DNA of 64,000 nucleotides. Origin: Bacteroidales bacterium. GTDB lineage: Bacteria > Bacteroidota > Bacteroidia > Bacteroidales > WCHB1-69. The notes beneath the pieces were generated by a model. It did not search any database. It was given only the letters and a program-made list of their open reading frames with translations, and was not told the origin of the DNA. How positions within the stretch are numbered: the first letter of the stretch is position 1; each line of letters starts with the position of its first letter. The position numbers and the translations under genes were made by a program. Below, piece after piece: positions 30,745 through 39,470 of the stretch. The stretch spans positions 16,873-80,872 of the forward strand of contig JBGUPJ010000025.1 of assembly GCA_045130235.1 (NCBI GenBank), written 5' to 3'.

Positions 30745-30802
30745 CACTTTCAATCATTTTGGATAAGTGTTGTTGCGACAAACGGAAATTAAGGGAAATT
30801 GG

Positions 30803-33800
30803 ATGAAAGGATGGATGCTGAAAATTTTGATAATCAGTGTCTTAATTCTCGTTGTACAGCCTCTTTCCGCACAGTTCTATAACGGGTCGCAGCTCTCTTT
30901 TGGTAAAAATAGGGTGCAGTATCAGAAACAGAACTGGGAGTATTACCGTACCGAGCAGTTCGACGTTTATTTCTACCCCACCGGCAAGGAACTGGCTGAG
31001 TATGTGTTGTGGAAAGCACCTACCGAGATTGATGAGATTGAAAGGATGCTGAACTACACCTCTACCAAGAAGATACAGTTCATCGTTTATAATACGCAGT
31101 CTGATTTCCGTGAGTCGAATTTCGCTTACGATAATGAAGACTTTTACAACCAGGGTGGTGTCACCAACATCTATGGCACGAAGGTGTATCTCTATTTCGA
31201 TGGCGACCGCACCCATTTCGACCGCATGTTGCGCGCCGGTATCATGAACCTCTATGCCCATTGGGTCATCAACGGCACGTCGGTAGGGGCTAATATCTCT
31301 TCGGAAAGTCTGTTGGATGTTCCGAACTGGTACTTTTCGGGCCTTTCTTCTTATATCGGAGAGGAGTGGAACAGTACGATAGATGCTTATGTAAAAAACG
31401 GCATCCTGACGGAGAAGTACGCCGACTTTGGCGAACTCTCGCAGGTGGATGCCATGTATGCGGGGCACTCCCTCTGGAAGTATGTGGGCGACCGTTTTGG
31501 CAAGTCGGCCATTCCAGCCATCTTGTTCGCCACCCGCTCGTATCGAAGCCACGAGCGTGGTTTCTATAATGTGACCGGCGTGCCCTACAAACAGCTGCTC
31601 ATCGATTGGTATCGTTATTATTATGTTCTTTATAAAAAAGATATTAAACGGGATAAACCAGCCGATGATGGCCTGCTGAAACGCCCCAAGGCGAAGCGCG
31701 ACTACAACCAGTTCCGCCTATCGCCCGACGGCAAGAGCTATGCTTACGTCACCAATGAGGCGGGTAAAGTAACCATTTGGATGTATCGCGAGGGCGACAA
31801 AAAGCCGCGCCGCATCTACCATCGTTTCCATAAAACAGAAGACAATCCCGACCTCAGCTTCCCGCTGCTGGCTTGGCATCCCAATGGTGACATTCTGGGT
31901 TTCACCATCGAAGATGCAGGACGTTGCTACTATTATCCTTATAATATTGAAGAGAAAAAATGCGAGAAACGGCTGTTGGTAGATGTGGAGAAAATTACCG
32001 ACATATCCTTCTCCACCGATGGTAAGCTGCTGCTGTTCTCGGGCTTCCAGCACGGACAGTCTGACATCTTTGTCTATAGCCTCCGCGCACGCTCCTTCCA
32101 AAATCTCACCAACGATTTCTACGACGATTATGCCCCCCGTTTCATCAACAATAACAAACAGATCGTCTTCTCATCCAACCGTCCCGACAACCAGCTTCAT
32201 CCCAAGGAACGCTTCGACCAGCTGAATCCCCAGTCCAACTATGACCTTTTTATGTACGACTACTCCACCAAATCGTCTGATTTGATGCAGCTTACCTATA
32301 CTCCCACTGCCAAGGAGACCGATATACGTCCGCTGGCCGACGGCGGCATCACCTACCTGAGCGACGAGAACGGCATCCGCAACCGCTATGTGGCACAGTT
32401 CGACAGCACCATCAGTCGCATTGATACCACCATCCATTATGCCTATTATGCGAATAGTCAGGTGGTAACCAACCGTGCGTATAGTATCTTGGAGCAGGAT
32501 TATTCGCCCGAAACGGGACAGGTGGCCGAGGTGATGTTGCGCAAAGGAGCGAAAAGACTGTACATCAGTCCGATAGAGGAACAACCCCTGTCGGCTGAAC
32601 TCACCAAGGCGGCTTTTGTGACACAGATGGAGGCCAACCAGGCCCGCCGCGACAGCATCCAGCAGGCCAACCAGAAAAGCGCCTCGTCGGGTACACGCCA
32701 CCGCGGCTTCCGCCAGATTCATCGCAGCGACCTGTCGGGCAATCGCTCTGACGGCATGGACGAGGGCGACAGCAGTTCATTCACCCGTGTGGCCGCCCGA
32801 AACTATTATACACAATTTTCTATCAACCAGTTGGTTACACAGGCTGACTTTAGCTTCCTCAATACTACTTACCAGCAGTTTACTGGCGGCACATCGCCCG
32901 TTTACCTGAACACTGGCATCAATGCCCTCGTCATGGTGGGCATCAATGATCTGTTTGAGGATTACCGCATTACAGGCGGTTTCCGCCTCTCGTTCGACCT
33001 GCAGAGCAACGAGTTTATGTTCAGCTACGAGGACCTCCACCGCCGCCTCGACCATCAGGTGGTGGTGTATCGCCAGAGTATCAAATCCATTATCGGCGAT
33101 TATTACTACAAACAGCACGCCAACAGCGTCTTCTATATCATGAAGTACCCGTTCGACAAATTCAACAGTTTGCGACTGACACTGACGGGCCGATACGAGA
33201 CCAACATCATGGCGGGACTTAACGACTATTCGTTGAAGATGCCCGATGAGCGGCATGTGTGGGGCGGTGTGAAGTTGGAGTACGTGTTTGATTCTTCGAA
33301 AGAGTTGTTCACCAACTTGTGGAAGGGCAGCAAAATCAAGCTGTGCTTGGAATACCAGCACCGTGTGGACCGCGAAAATATGTACCTTTTTGTGGCTGGA
33401 CTTGACATCCGCAAGTCGGTGAAGGTGTTCCGCAACATGACGTGGGCTACGCGCTTTGCCGCCTCCACCAACTTTGGCAGCAGCCGGTTGGTTTATTACA
33501 TGGGCGGCGTTGACAACTGGATTTTCGCCAAGTTCGACAGCGATATTTGGGTGGACCAGAGCAAGAATTACGCTTATCAGACCTTGGCCACCAACATGCG
33601 CGGTTTCAAGCAGAACATCCGCAATGGCACCTCCTTTGCGTTGCTCAGCACCGAGTTGCGCATCCCGTTCGTGCAGCTGATTGCCCGCCGGCAGATCTCC
33701 AACCAGTTCTTCAACTCGCTACAGCTGGTGCTGTTCGGCGATGTGGGTACCGCATGGACGGGCGTTTCTCCGTACTCAGACGAAAACTGCCTTTATACTC

Positions 33801-33994
33801 GCTGGGTGTATGCTGGCGATATCACGGTGCGGGTGAAACGGCAGGTGGAGCCCATCATTGGTGGTTTCGGCCTCGGCCTGCGGGCCAGTTTGTTCGGCTA
33901 TTTCCTCCGGCTGGATTATGCATGGGGTGTGGAGGATTTCAAGATAGAGGATAAGACGGGAATGCTGCATTTTTCGATAGGATTGGATTTTTAA
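30803..33994 (+). CDS. large outer-membrane protein: TolB/PD40-like beta-propeller repeats plus C-terminal Omp85-like barrel
   Basis: Signal peptide MKGWMLKILIISVLILVVQPLSAQ. PD40-like repeats are present (LSPDGKSYAYVTNEAGKVTIWMY, FSTDGKLLLFSG..SDIFVYSL, QIVFSSNR). The terminus is ...MLHFSIGLDF. Confidence 0.55.
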   Translation: MKGWMLKILIISVLILVVQPLSAQFYNGSQLSFGKNRVQYQKQNWEYYRTEQFDVYFYPTGKELAEYVLWKAPTEIDEIERMLNYTSTKKIQFIVYNTQSDFRESNFAYDNEDFYNQGGVTNIYGTKVYLYFDGDRTHFDRMLRAGIMNLYAHWVINGTSVGANISSESLLDVPNWYFSGLSSYIGEEWNSTIDAYVKNGILTEKYADFGELSQVDAMYAGHSLWKYVGDRFGKSAIPAILFATRSYRSHERGFYNVTGVPYKQLLIDWYRYYYVLYKKDIKRDKPADDGLLKRPKAKRDYNQFRLSPDGKSYAYVTNEAGKVTIWMYREGDKKPRRIYHRFHKTEDNPDLSFPLLAWHPNGDILGFTIEDAGRCYYYPYNIEEKKCEKRLLVDVEKITDISFSTDGKLLLFSGFQHGQSDIFVYSLRARSFQNLTNDFYDDYAPRFINNNKQIVFSSNRPDNQLHPKERFDQLNPQSNYDLFMYDYSTKSSDLMQLTYTPTAKETDIRPLADGGITYLSDENGIRNRYVAQFDSTISRIDTTIHYAYYANSQVVTNRAYSILEQDYSPETGQVAEVMLRKGAKRLYISPIEEQPLSAELTKAAFVTQMEANQARRDSIQQANQKSASSGTRHRGFRQIHRSDLSGNRSDGMDEGDSSSFTRVAARNYYTQFSINQLVTQADFSFLNTTYQQFTGGTSPVYLNTGINALVMVGINDLFEDYRITGGFRLSFDLQSNEFMFSYEDLHRRLDHQVVVYRQSIKSIIGDYYYKQHANSVFYIMKYPFDKFNSLRLTLTGRYETNIMAGLNDYSLKMPDERHVWGGVKLEYVFDSSKELFTNLWKGSKIKLCLEYQHRVDRENMYLFVAGLDIRKSVKVFRNMTWATRFAASTNFGSSRLVYYMGGVDNWIFAKFDSDIWVDQSKNYAYQTLATNMRGFKQNIRNGTSFALLSTELRIPFVQLIARRQISNQFFNSLQLVLFGDVGTAWTGVSPYSDENCLYTRWVYAGDITVRVKRQVEPIIGGFGLGLRASLFGYFLRLDYAWGVEDFKIEDKTGMLHFSIGLDF

Positions 33995-34032
33995 TAGATT
34001 GATATTTAATACGTTATTAAAAAAATTAAATT

Positions 34033-34893
34033 ATGAAAACAAAAGTAGCAATTATTGGTTATGGAAACATTGGTCGTGCGGTGGAGCAGGCGCTTCAGGT
34101 GGCCGATGATATGGAATTGGTTGGTATTTATCATCACAACGATGACATGAATGCAGTGCAGGCGGATGTGGCGGTGTTGTGTACTCCTACCCGCGAGGTG
34201 CCCGCTTTTGCGGAGAAGTTGCTGTCGCGGGGCATCTGCACGGTTGACAGTTTCGACATCCACACGCAGATTGTGGAGTTGCGTCGCCGCTTGATGCCGC
34301 AGTCCAAGGAGCATAAGGCAGTCAGCATCATCGCTGCCGGCTGGGATCCGGGTTCCGACTCCATGGTGCGTGCCCTCTTGCAGGCCATCGCCCCGAAGGG
34401 TCTCACTTACACCAACTTCGGTCCCGGCCGTAGCATGGGACATACCGTCGCCGCCAAGGCCATCGCGGGGGTCAAGGATGCGCTCTCAATGACCATACCG
34501 CTCGGCTCAGGGGTACATCGACGTATGGTATATGTGGTGCTGGAGGATGGCGCCGACTTCGCCACCGTGGAGAAAAACCTTCTCGCCGACGACTATTTTG
34601 CCCATGATGAGACCCATGTGGTGCAGGTGAATTCTATTGATGAGTTGAACAATGTGGCGCATGGCGTGAACCTCGTGCGTTCGGGCGTGAGCGGAACCAC
34701 TCACAACCAGCGTTTTGAGTTCAACATGGAGATCAACAACCCTGCGCTCACCGGTCAGGTGTTGGTGGCCTGCGCCCGTGCGGCTCACCGGCTCACCGCC
34801 GAACAGCGTTACGGCACCTACACCATGATTGAAATCGCCCCAGTATATATGCTGCCCGGCGATGACGAGATGTGGGTAGGGAAGTTGGTGTAA
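34033..34893 (+). CDS. ddh: meso-diaminopimelate D-dehydrogenase
   Basis: MKTKVAIIGYGNIGRAVEQAL Rossmann start, and AAGWDPGSDSMVRAL typical of Ddh. Confidence 0.85.
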   Translation: MKTKVAIIGYGNIGRAVEQALQVADDMELVGIYHHNDDMNAVQADVAVLCTPTREVPAFAEKLLSRGICTVDSFDIHTQIVELRRRLMPQSKEHKAVSIIAAGWDPGSDSMVRALLQAIAPKGLTYTNFGPGRSMGHTVAAKAIAGVKDALSMTIPLGSGVHRRMVYVVLEDGADFATVEKNLLADDYFAHDETHVVQVNSIDELNNVAHGVNLVRSGVSGTTHNQRFEFNMEINNPALTGQVLVACARAAHRLTAEQRYGTYTMIEIAPVYMLPGDDEMWVGKLV

Positions 34894-34987
34894 TAAGGTT
34901 GCAAAATCCATATTGTTTCAGAACCGTGCCATTGGAACCCTTGGCACGGTTCAAACCATAAACAGAAGTCTTCAAATAAATATGAAT

Positions 34988-35020
34988 GAAAAAAAAGCAG
35001 CGGCAATTTCTTGTCGCTGC
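34988..35020 (-). terminator. rho-independent terminator after tRNA-His
   Basis: GCAGCG (34997-35002) / CGCTGC (35015-35020). On the minus strand it is followed by T9. Confidence 0.6.
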
Positions 35021-35030
35021 TTCGCTTTTG

Positions 35031-35105
35031 GGCGGCAGGTCGGATTCGAACCGACGACCCACGGAACCACAATCCGGTACTCTAACCAACTGAGCTACAA
35101 CCGCC
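35031..35105 (-). tRNA. tRNA-His (GTG) with encoded G-1
   Basis: Reverse complement GGCGGTTGTAGCTCAGTTGGTTAGAGTACCGGATTGTGGTTCCGTGGGTCGTCGGTTCGAATCCGACCTGCCGCC. The anticodon loop is TTGTGGT, and the extra 5' G pairs with C73. Confidence 0.88.
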
Positions 35106-35118
35106 ATGTTTGAGGGTG

Positions 35119-35126
35119 CAAAATTA
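35119..35126 (-). promoter_or_regulatory. -7 promoter element TAATTTTG for tRNA-His
   Basis: + strand caaaatta, 14 nt upstream of the tRNA 5' end. Confidence 0.55.
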
Positions 35127-35318
35127 CAACTTTTTTCATCACTTTTTACAAATTCTTGAAAAAATTTTTTAATTATCAATTTATTGATAAACAAAAGATT
35201 GCGATTTTGACCCAAATCTTCCTTCTCTCGCATCACCCAATATTTGGGCAAACCGATGGCAATCTTTTCGCATCGCGTCTTTTTTCGCTTTTCCCTTGCT
35301 TCTTATTGATTTTTCTCG

Positions 35319-35326
35319 TAATTTTG
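35319..35326 (+). promoter_or_regulatory. -7 promoter element TAATTTTG
   Basis: 38 nt upstream of ATG 35364. Confidence 0.5.
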
Positions 35327-35363
35327 CAGCCGTAATTTTCGGCAACATTAAAAATCTATAATT

Positions 35364-36314
35364 ATGAAGAAATTTTTCGCATTATTTGTCGCACTCTGCA
35401 CTTTTGCAGCCGTCAGCGCCGCCGACATTCCCGGCAACCAGGACCTGAAACAGGACACCCGTATCGTCACCGAATTCCAACAGGTGGTCGTCACCGCCGA
35501 CTTCAACATCAAACTCGACTATGCCATCTCCCCCAAAGTCATGGTAGAGGCCGAGTCGAACCTGCTGCCCTACATCATCACCGAGGTGAAGGGCAAGACC
35601 CTCAACATCTACGTTGAAAAGAAGACCCGCCTCGCGCCCAACTACCCCATCACCATCACCCTCTCCACCTCCATGCTCAACAAGTTGCAGTTCAAGGGCG
35701 AAGGTAACATCACCGCCGACGGCATCCCGTCCGACAAGATGGACCTCTCGCTGGCTGGAAAAGGTCAGTGCAACATCACCAACCTGAAAACCGGTAGCCT
35801 CAAGGTGGCCGCCACCGGCAATTTCGAGGTAAATATGAAGGATGTGGTTTGTAGTAGCGCTGTTAAGATTTCCATGTCTGACAACGTGACCGGCAACATC
35901 AACAACTTCACCGCCCCCAAAGTGGAAGTGGAAGCCAACTCGCTCGAAGGCTCCCGCTGGGGTAGCCTGCAAACCGATGCCCTCACCCTCAAGGTGAACA
36001 ACGCCGGCAATATGGACTTCACCGGTTTCGCTGGCAAGGATGTCAATGTTACGATGACCAGCACGGGTGCTATCACCATGGCAGGCACCGCCCGCAATGT
36101 CAACATTACCGCCTCCAATGCCTCCAAGTTCGATGCGCTGAACCTCGCCGCTGAAAAGGCTAAGGTGGTCAACAATGGTACCGGCGACCTCGGCGTGGCC
36201 GCCTCCTCCAGCCTCGATGTCACCATCACCTCCTCCGGCAGCGTGATGTTCAAGGGCGACCTCAAAATCAGCTACACCAGCAACGGTTCTGGCCAGCTCG
36301 TCAAGAAAAAATAA
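35364..36314 (+). CDS. DUF2807 / head-GIN-domain (putative adhesin-like beta-helix) protein
   Basis: Signal peptide. FQQVVVTADFNIKLDYAISPKVMVEAESNLLPYIITEVKGKTLNIY, then repeated G-x-G...(V/I)..(S/T/A)G.. strands. Confidence 0.65.
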   Translation: MKKFFALFVALCTFAAVSAADIPGNQDLKQDTRIVTEFQQVVVTADFNIKLDYAISPKVMVEAESNLLPYIITEVKGKTLNIYVEKKTRLAPNYPITITLSTSMLNKLQFKGEGNITADGIPSDKMDLSLAGKGQCNITNLKTGSLKVAATGNFEVNMKDVVCSSAVKISMSDNVTGNINNFTAPKVEVEANSLEGSRWGSLQTDALTLKVNNAGNMDFTGFAGKDVNVTMTSTGAITMAGTARNVNITASNASKFDALNLAAEKAKVVNNGTGDLGVAASSSLDVTITSSGSVMFKGDLKISYTSNGSGQLVKKK

Positions 36315-36335
36315 GCGTTTCCGCTTCTCTACTAT

Positions 36336-36360
36336 AGCACGGTTTCGGCCGTGCTTTTTT
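36336..36360 (+). terminator. rho-independent terminator
   Basis: AGCACGG (36336-36342) / CCGTGCT (36349-36355) plus T6. Confidence 0.7.
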
Positions 36361-36397
36361 ATTTGATATTACTTGTAAAATATTGATTTTCAAAATA

Positions 36398-37054
36398 ATG
36401 AATTGTAGAAGAATTCTGTCGACCATCTGCCTCTTCTTTGTCTTAGGCATGGCCTTTGCGCAGCATCCCGCTGTGCAGACCGGCGACCTGCTGTTTGTGG
36501 GCATCCCGTCCGACTATACCATCCACGACGACACCACCATGACCGGTGCCATCGCTGCCGCCACGGGCTCCGGCGACACCGAATATATCCATGTCGCTAT
36601 CCTTGAGGTGGATGTAGTGGGCAGCCTGTGGATTATCGATGCCACCCTCAAGCACGGCGTGGCCCGCTATCCCATCGACACTTTCCTTACCGACTTCACG
36701 CTGAAGGATGGCTCCCAGCCGCTGCTGCGCATCATGCGCCTCAACGACAATCGCCATGCTGCTGAGTATGTGGAGAATGCCAAGCGTTTTTGCGGACTTG
36801 TGTATAACATGTCCTTCGTTCCCGACCCTAAAGCCAAGTATTGCAGCGAGTTGGTGCGCGACTCCTACATCGAGAATGGCGACTATATTTTCACAGCTTC
36901 CCCCATGAATTTCAAAGGTCCCGACGGCACTTTCCCGCTGTATTGGGTGCAGCTGTTCGAACTGATTGGGCAGCCCATCCCGCAAGGGGTGTTAGGTACC
37001 AATCCCAACGACATGATCAAGGAGAAGTGCATCCACTTTGTGGGTGACATGTAG
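36398..37054 (+). CDS. YiiX/permuted-papain (NlpC/P60 superfamily) cysteine hydrolase-like protein
   Basis: Signal peptide. GDLLFVG...YIHVAIL...ATLKHGV...KYCSELV gives the permuted H...C arrangement. The track start is TTG at 36383. Confidence 0.6.
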   Translation: MNCRRILSTICLFFVLGMAFAQHPAVQTGDLLFVGIPSDYTIHDDTTMTGAIAAATGSGDTEYIHVAILEVDVVGSLWIIDATLKHGVARYPIDTFLTDFTLKDGSQPLLRIMRLNDNRHAAEYVENAKRFCGLVYNMSFVPDPKAKYCSELVRDSYIENGDYIFTASPMNFKGPDGTFPLYWVQLFELIGQPIPQGVLGTNPNDMIKEKCIHFVGDM

Positions 37055-37057
37055 AAA

Positions 37058-38143
37058 TTATTGCTGTTTTTTCCTGGTGAAGGCCGGCGAGTCGCCCCAC
37101 GCGTTGTACTGGATTTCGTGACCGATCGACTCCATCCGTTTGTCTAAGCAGAAGCGGCACTGTTCGGGTTTGTCGCCCACGCATGCCTTGTCGGGGTAAA
37201 TCAGGTAATCCTCGCGGAACTCGTTGGGGGTGAGGTTGGGCATGATGACGTTGGCGCCGGCGAGGATGGCCTTTTCGCGCCCCATCAGGTCAACGGTCTG
37301 GTTGGCGGTGGCCGCCACCATATTGATATCCGGCATCATCAGTCGCAGGATGGCGATCATCTTGAGGGTGAGGTTCATCCGTTCTTCCGCAGTCGGAATC
37401 TGGTCGGCGTATGCGTACAACGGTGTATCGGGGTGGGGGATGAATGGTCCCATGCCGACCATGGCCACATCTTTGCGGAGGAAGAAGAGCAGGTCGTCGG
37501 CGAGGTCGCTGAGGGTTTGGAAGGGCAGTCCCACCATCACGCCGGTGCCTGTCTGGTAGCCGATTTTCAGCAGCTGGTCGATGCAGCCGAGCCGCTGGTG
37601 AAAGTCGTGCCGCTCGTCGTGGGGATGGATGCGGTAGTAAAGTTCCTCGTTGGAGGCTTCGATGCGGAGCAGATAGCGGTGCGCGCCAGCCTCAAACCAC
37701 TCGCGATACACCTCCTCGCTCTGTTCGCCGAGCGAGAGCGTGATGCCGAGCGAGCCGCCGTCAATCTCTTTGATCTGGCGCACAAGTCGCGTGATGCGGT
37801 CGGTGAAGACCTTGTCGCTGCGCTCGCCGCCCTGTATGGCCACCGAGCCGTAGCCGAGCTGGTGCGCCAGTCGGGCACAGCCGATCACCTCCTCGTCGGT
37901 CAGCTCGTAGCGCTCCACCTTGCGGTTGTCGCTGCGGATGCCACAGTAGAGGCACGACTTGCGACAGATGTTGCTCAGTTCGATGAGGCCGCGCAGATGC
38001 ACCTGAGGACCCACATGCTCCTTCTTCACCTCAAGCGCCCTTTTCAGAAGCAGGTCCATGTCGTCGCCCTTACAGGCGAGTAGGGCAACGAGTTCCTCTT
38101 TTTCGAAATGTTGCTGGGTGAGAAGGGTGGATATATTTTTCAT
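37058..38143 (-). CDS. hydE: [FeFe]-hydrogenase H-cluster radical SAM maturase HydE
   Basis: Collinear with remembered Thermotoga HydE: LSNICRKSCLYCGIRSDN, ITLSLGE, GAHRYLLRIEASN, GYQTGTGVMVGLPFQT, MVGMGPFIPHPDTPL, LTLKMIAILRLMMPD and GANVIMPNLTP. The start is placed at MKNISTLL; the upstream ATG 38200 gives an AT-rich extension. Confidence 0.8.
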   Translation of the reverse strand: MKNISTLLTQQHFEKEELVALLACKGDDMDLLLKRALEVKKEHVGPQVHLRGLIELSNICRKSCLYCGIRSDNRKVERYELTDEEVIGCARLAHQLGYGSVAIQGGERSDKVFTDRITRLVRQIKEIDGGSLGITLSLGEQSEEVYREWFEAGAHRYLLRIEASNEELYYRIHPHDERHDFHQRLGCIDQLLKIGYQTGTGVMVGLPFQTLSDLADDLLFFLRKDVAMVGMGPFIPHPDTPLYAYADQIPTAEERMNLTLKMIAILRLMMPDINMVAATANQTVDLMGREKAILAGANVIMPNLTPNEFREDYLIYPDKACVGDKPEQCRFCLDKRMESIGHEIQYNAWGDSPAFTRKKQQ

Positions 38144-38211
38144 TATTTTAATATAAATTATTGTTTTATAATGATTTATGAAAAGATTGACACTCGTCAT
38201 TTTTCTTTCGG

Positions 38212-38219
38212 CAAAAATA
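38212..38219 (-). promoter_or_regulatory. -7 promoter element TATTTTTG for hydE
   Basis: + strand caaaaata. Confidence 0.45.
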
Positions 38220-38264
38220 TTACAAAATTCCCAATATTACTATTTGTGGTTCGATTTTTAGTTG

Positions 38265-38272
38265 TAATTTTG
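38265..38272 (+). promoter_or_regulatory. -7 promoter element TAATTTTG for mnmA (very short leader)
   Basis: 17 nt upstream of ATG 38289. The track's TTG at 38283 would be at or before the transcription start. Confidence 0.45.
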
Positions 38273-38288
38273 CTGGAAATTTTTGAGG

Positions 38289-39374
38289 ATGAAGAAAAAG
38301 AAAATCTTGATGGCGATGAGCGGCGGTATCGACAGCACCGTGTCAGCGCTTTTGCTGCTGGAGCAGGGCTACGAGCTGGTGGGCGGCACCTTTCGCACGT
38401 TCGACAGCATCAAGGAGAGTTGTATCGCTAAGGAGCGCGGCTGTTGCAGCATCGACTCCATCATGGAGGCGCGCCATCTGGCTGAGCAGCTGGGTTTTGA
38501 ACATCATATTTTGGATTTTCGGGATGCTTTTAAGAAGCATGTCATTGGCGATTTCATCCATGAATATATGAACGGGCGCACGCCCAACCCGTGTGTGTTG
38601 TGCAACTCTTCCATCAAGTGGGGGCTGCTGTTAGACAAAGCCGATGAGCTGGGCTGCGACGGCATTGCCACGGGGCATTATGCGCGGGTGGTGCAGCGCG
38701 ACGGCCATTATTATCTGGGCACTGCCGCCGACACCATGAAAGATCAGACCTATTTCTTGTGGCGGCTTACCGAGGAGAATTTGTCCCGCACCATCTTCCC
38801 GTTGGGGAATCTTACAAAGCCGGAGGTGCGCCAGATTGCCTTCGACCATGGCTTTAAGAAACTTTCGCAAAAAACTGAAAGTCAGGAAATTTGTTTTATT
38901 CCAGATAATGACTATCGTAGATTTTTGTCGGAGAATGTGCCCGATTTCAGCGAGATTGTAAAGCCTGGTGACTTCTTGGATCTGGATGGTAACAAGGTGG
39001 GCCAGCACGACGGTTTCCCGTTTTACACCATCGGGCAGCGCAAGGGGTTGCGGGTGGCATTTGGCACGCCGAAGTACGTGACCGCCATTTCGGCGAAGGA
39101 CAACACGGTGACGTTGGGCGACCGCGACGAACTGTTAACCACCACTTTGCGTGCGGAGGGTTGCAGTTTCACCGACGCTGAAAGGCTGCGCGAGCATCCG
39201 CAGGTGCAGGCGCGAATCCGCTACCGGAGTGCGGCGGCGGCGGCCACTGTGAGCCTTGACGGCGACAGCCTGGAACTCCGTTTCAACGAGCCGGTATGGG
39301 GCGTAACGCCCGGACAGTCGCTGGTGCTCTATCAGGACGGCTTGGTGGTGGGCGGCGGCCTGATAGTCGGCTGA
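38289..39374 (+). CDS. mnmA: tRNA 2-thiouridine(34) synthase
   Basis: PP-loop MAMSGGIDSTVSA, NPCVLCNSSIKW, DQTYFLW. Confidence 0.93.
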   Translation: MKKKKILMAMSGGIDSTVSALLLLEQGYELVGGTFRTFDSIKESCIAKERGCCSIDSIMEARHLAEQLGFEHHILDFRDAFKKHVIGDFIHEYMNGRTPNPCVLCNSSIKWGLLLDKADELGCDGIATGHYARVVQRDGHYYLGTAADTMKDQTYFLWRLTEENLSRTIFPLGNLTKPEVRQIAFDHGFKKLSQKTESQEICFIPDNDYRRFLSENVPDFSEIVKPGDFLDLDGNKVGQHDGFPFYTIGQRKGLRVAFGTPKYVTAISAKDNTVTLGDRDELLTTTLRAEGCSFTDAERLREHPQVQARIRYRSAAAAATVSLDGDSLELRFNEPVWGVTPGQSLVLYQDGLVVGGGLIVG

Positions 39375-39439
39375 TTGATAATAGCTGCTTTTTTCTTGAA
39401 AAAACGAGGAACGATATTGTTTATTTAAGCAAAAAGTTG

Positions 39440-39447
39440 TATTTTTG
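39440..39447 (+). promoter_or_regulatory. -7 promoter element TATTTTTG
   Basis: 24 nt upstream of ATG 39471. Confidence 0.5.
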
Positions 39448-39470
39448 CCCTCGCATTTCAACTTTATAAT

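Noticed and set aside
34793-35251. 152-aa minus-strand ORF and 66-aa + strand ORF
   Set aside because: They overlap tRNA-His, its terminator and its promoter, and have no coding signal.
35382-36265. Two minus-strand ORFs (196 and 166 aa)
   Set aside because: Both are antisense to the DUF2807 gene. Its repetitive Gly/Val/Thr codons leave the opposite frames open.
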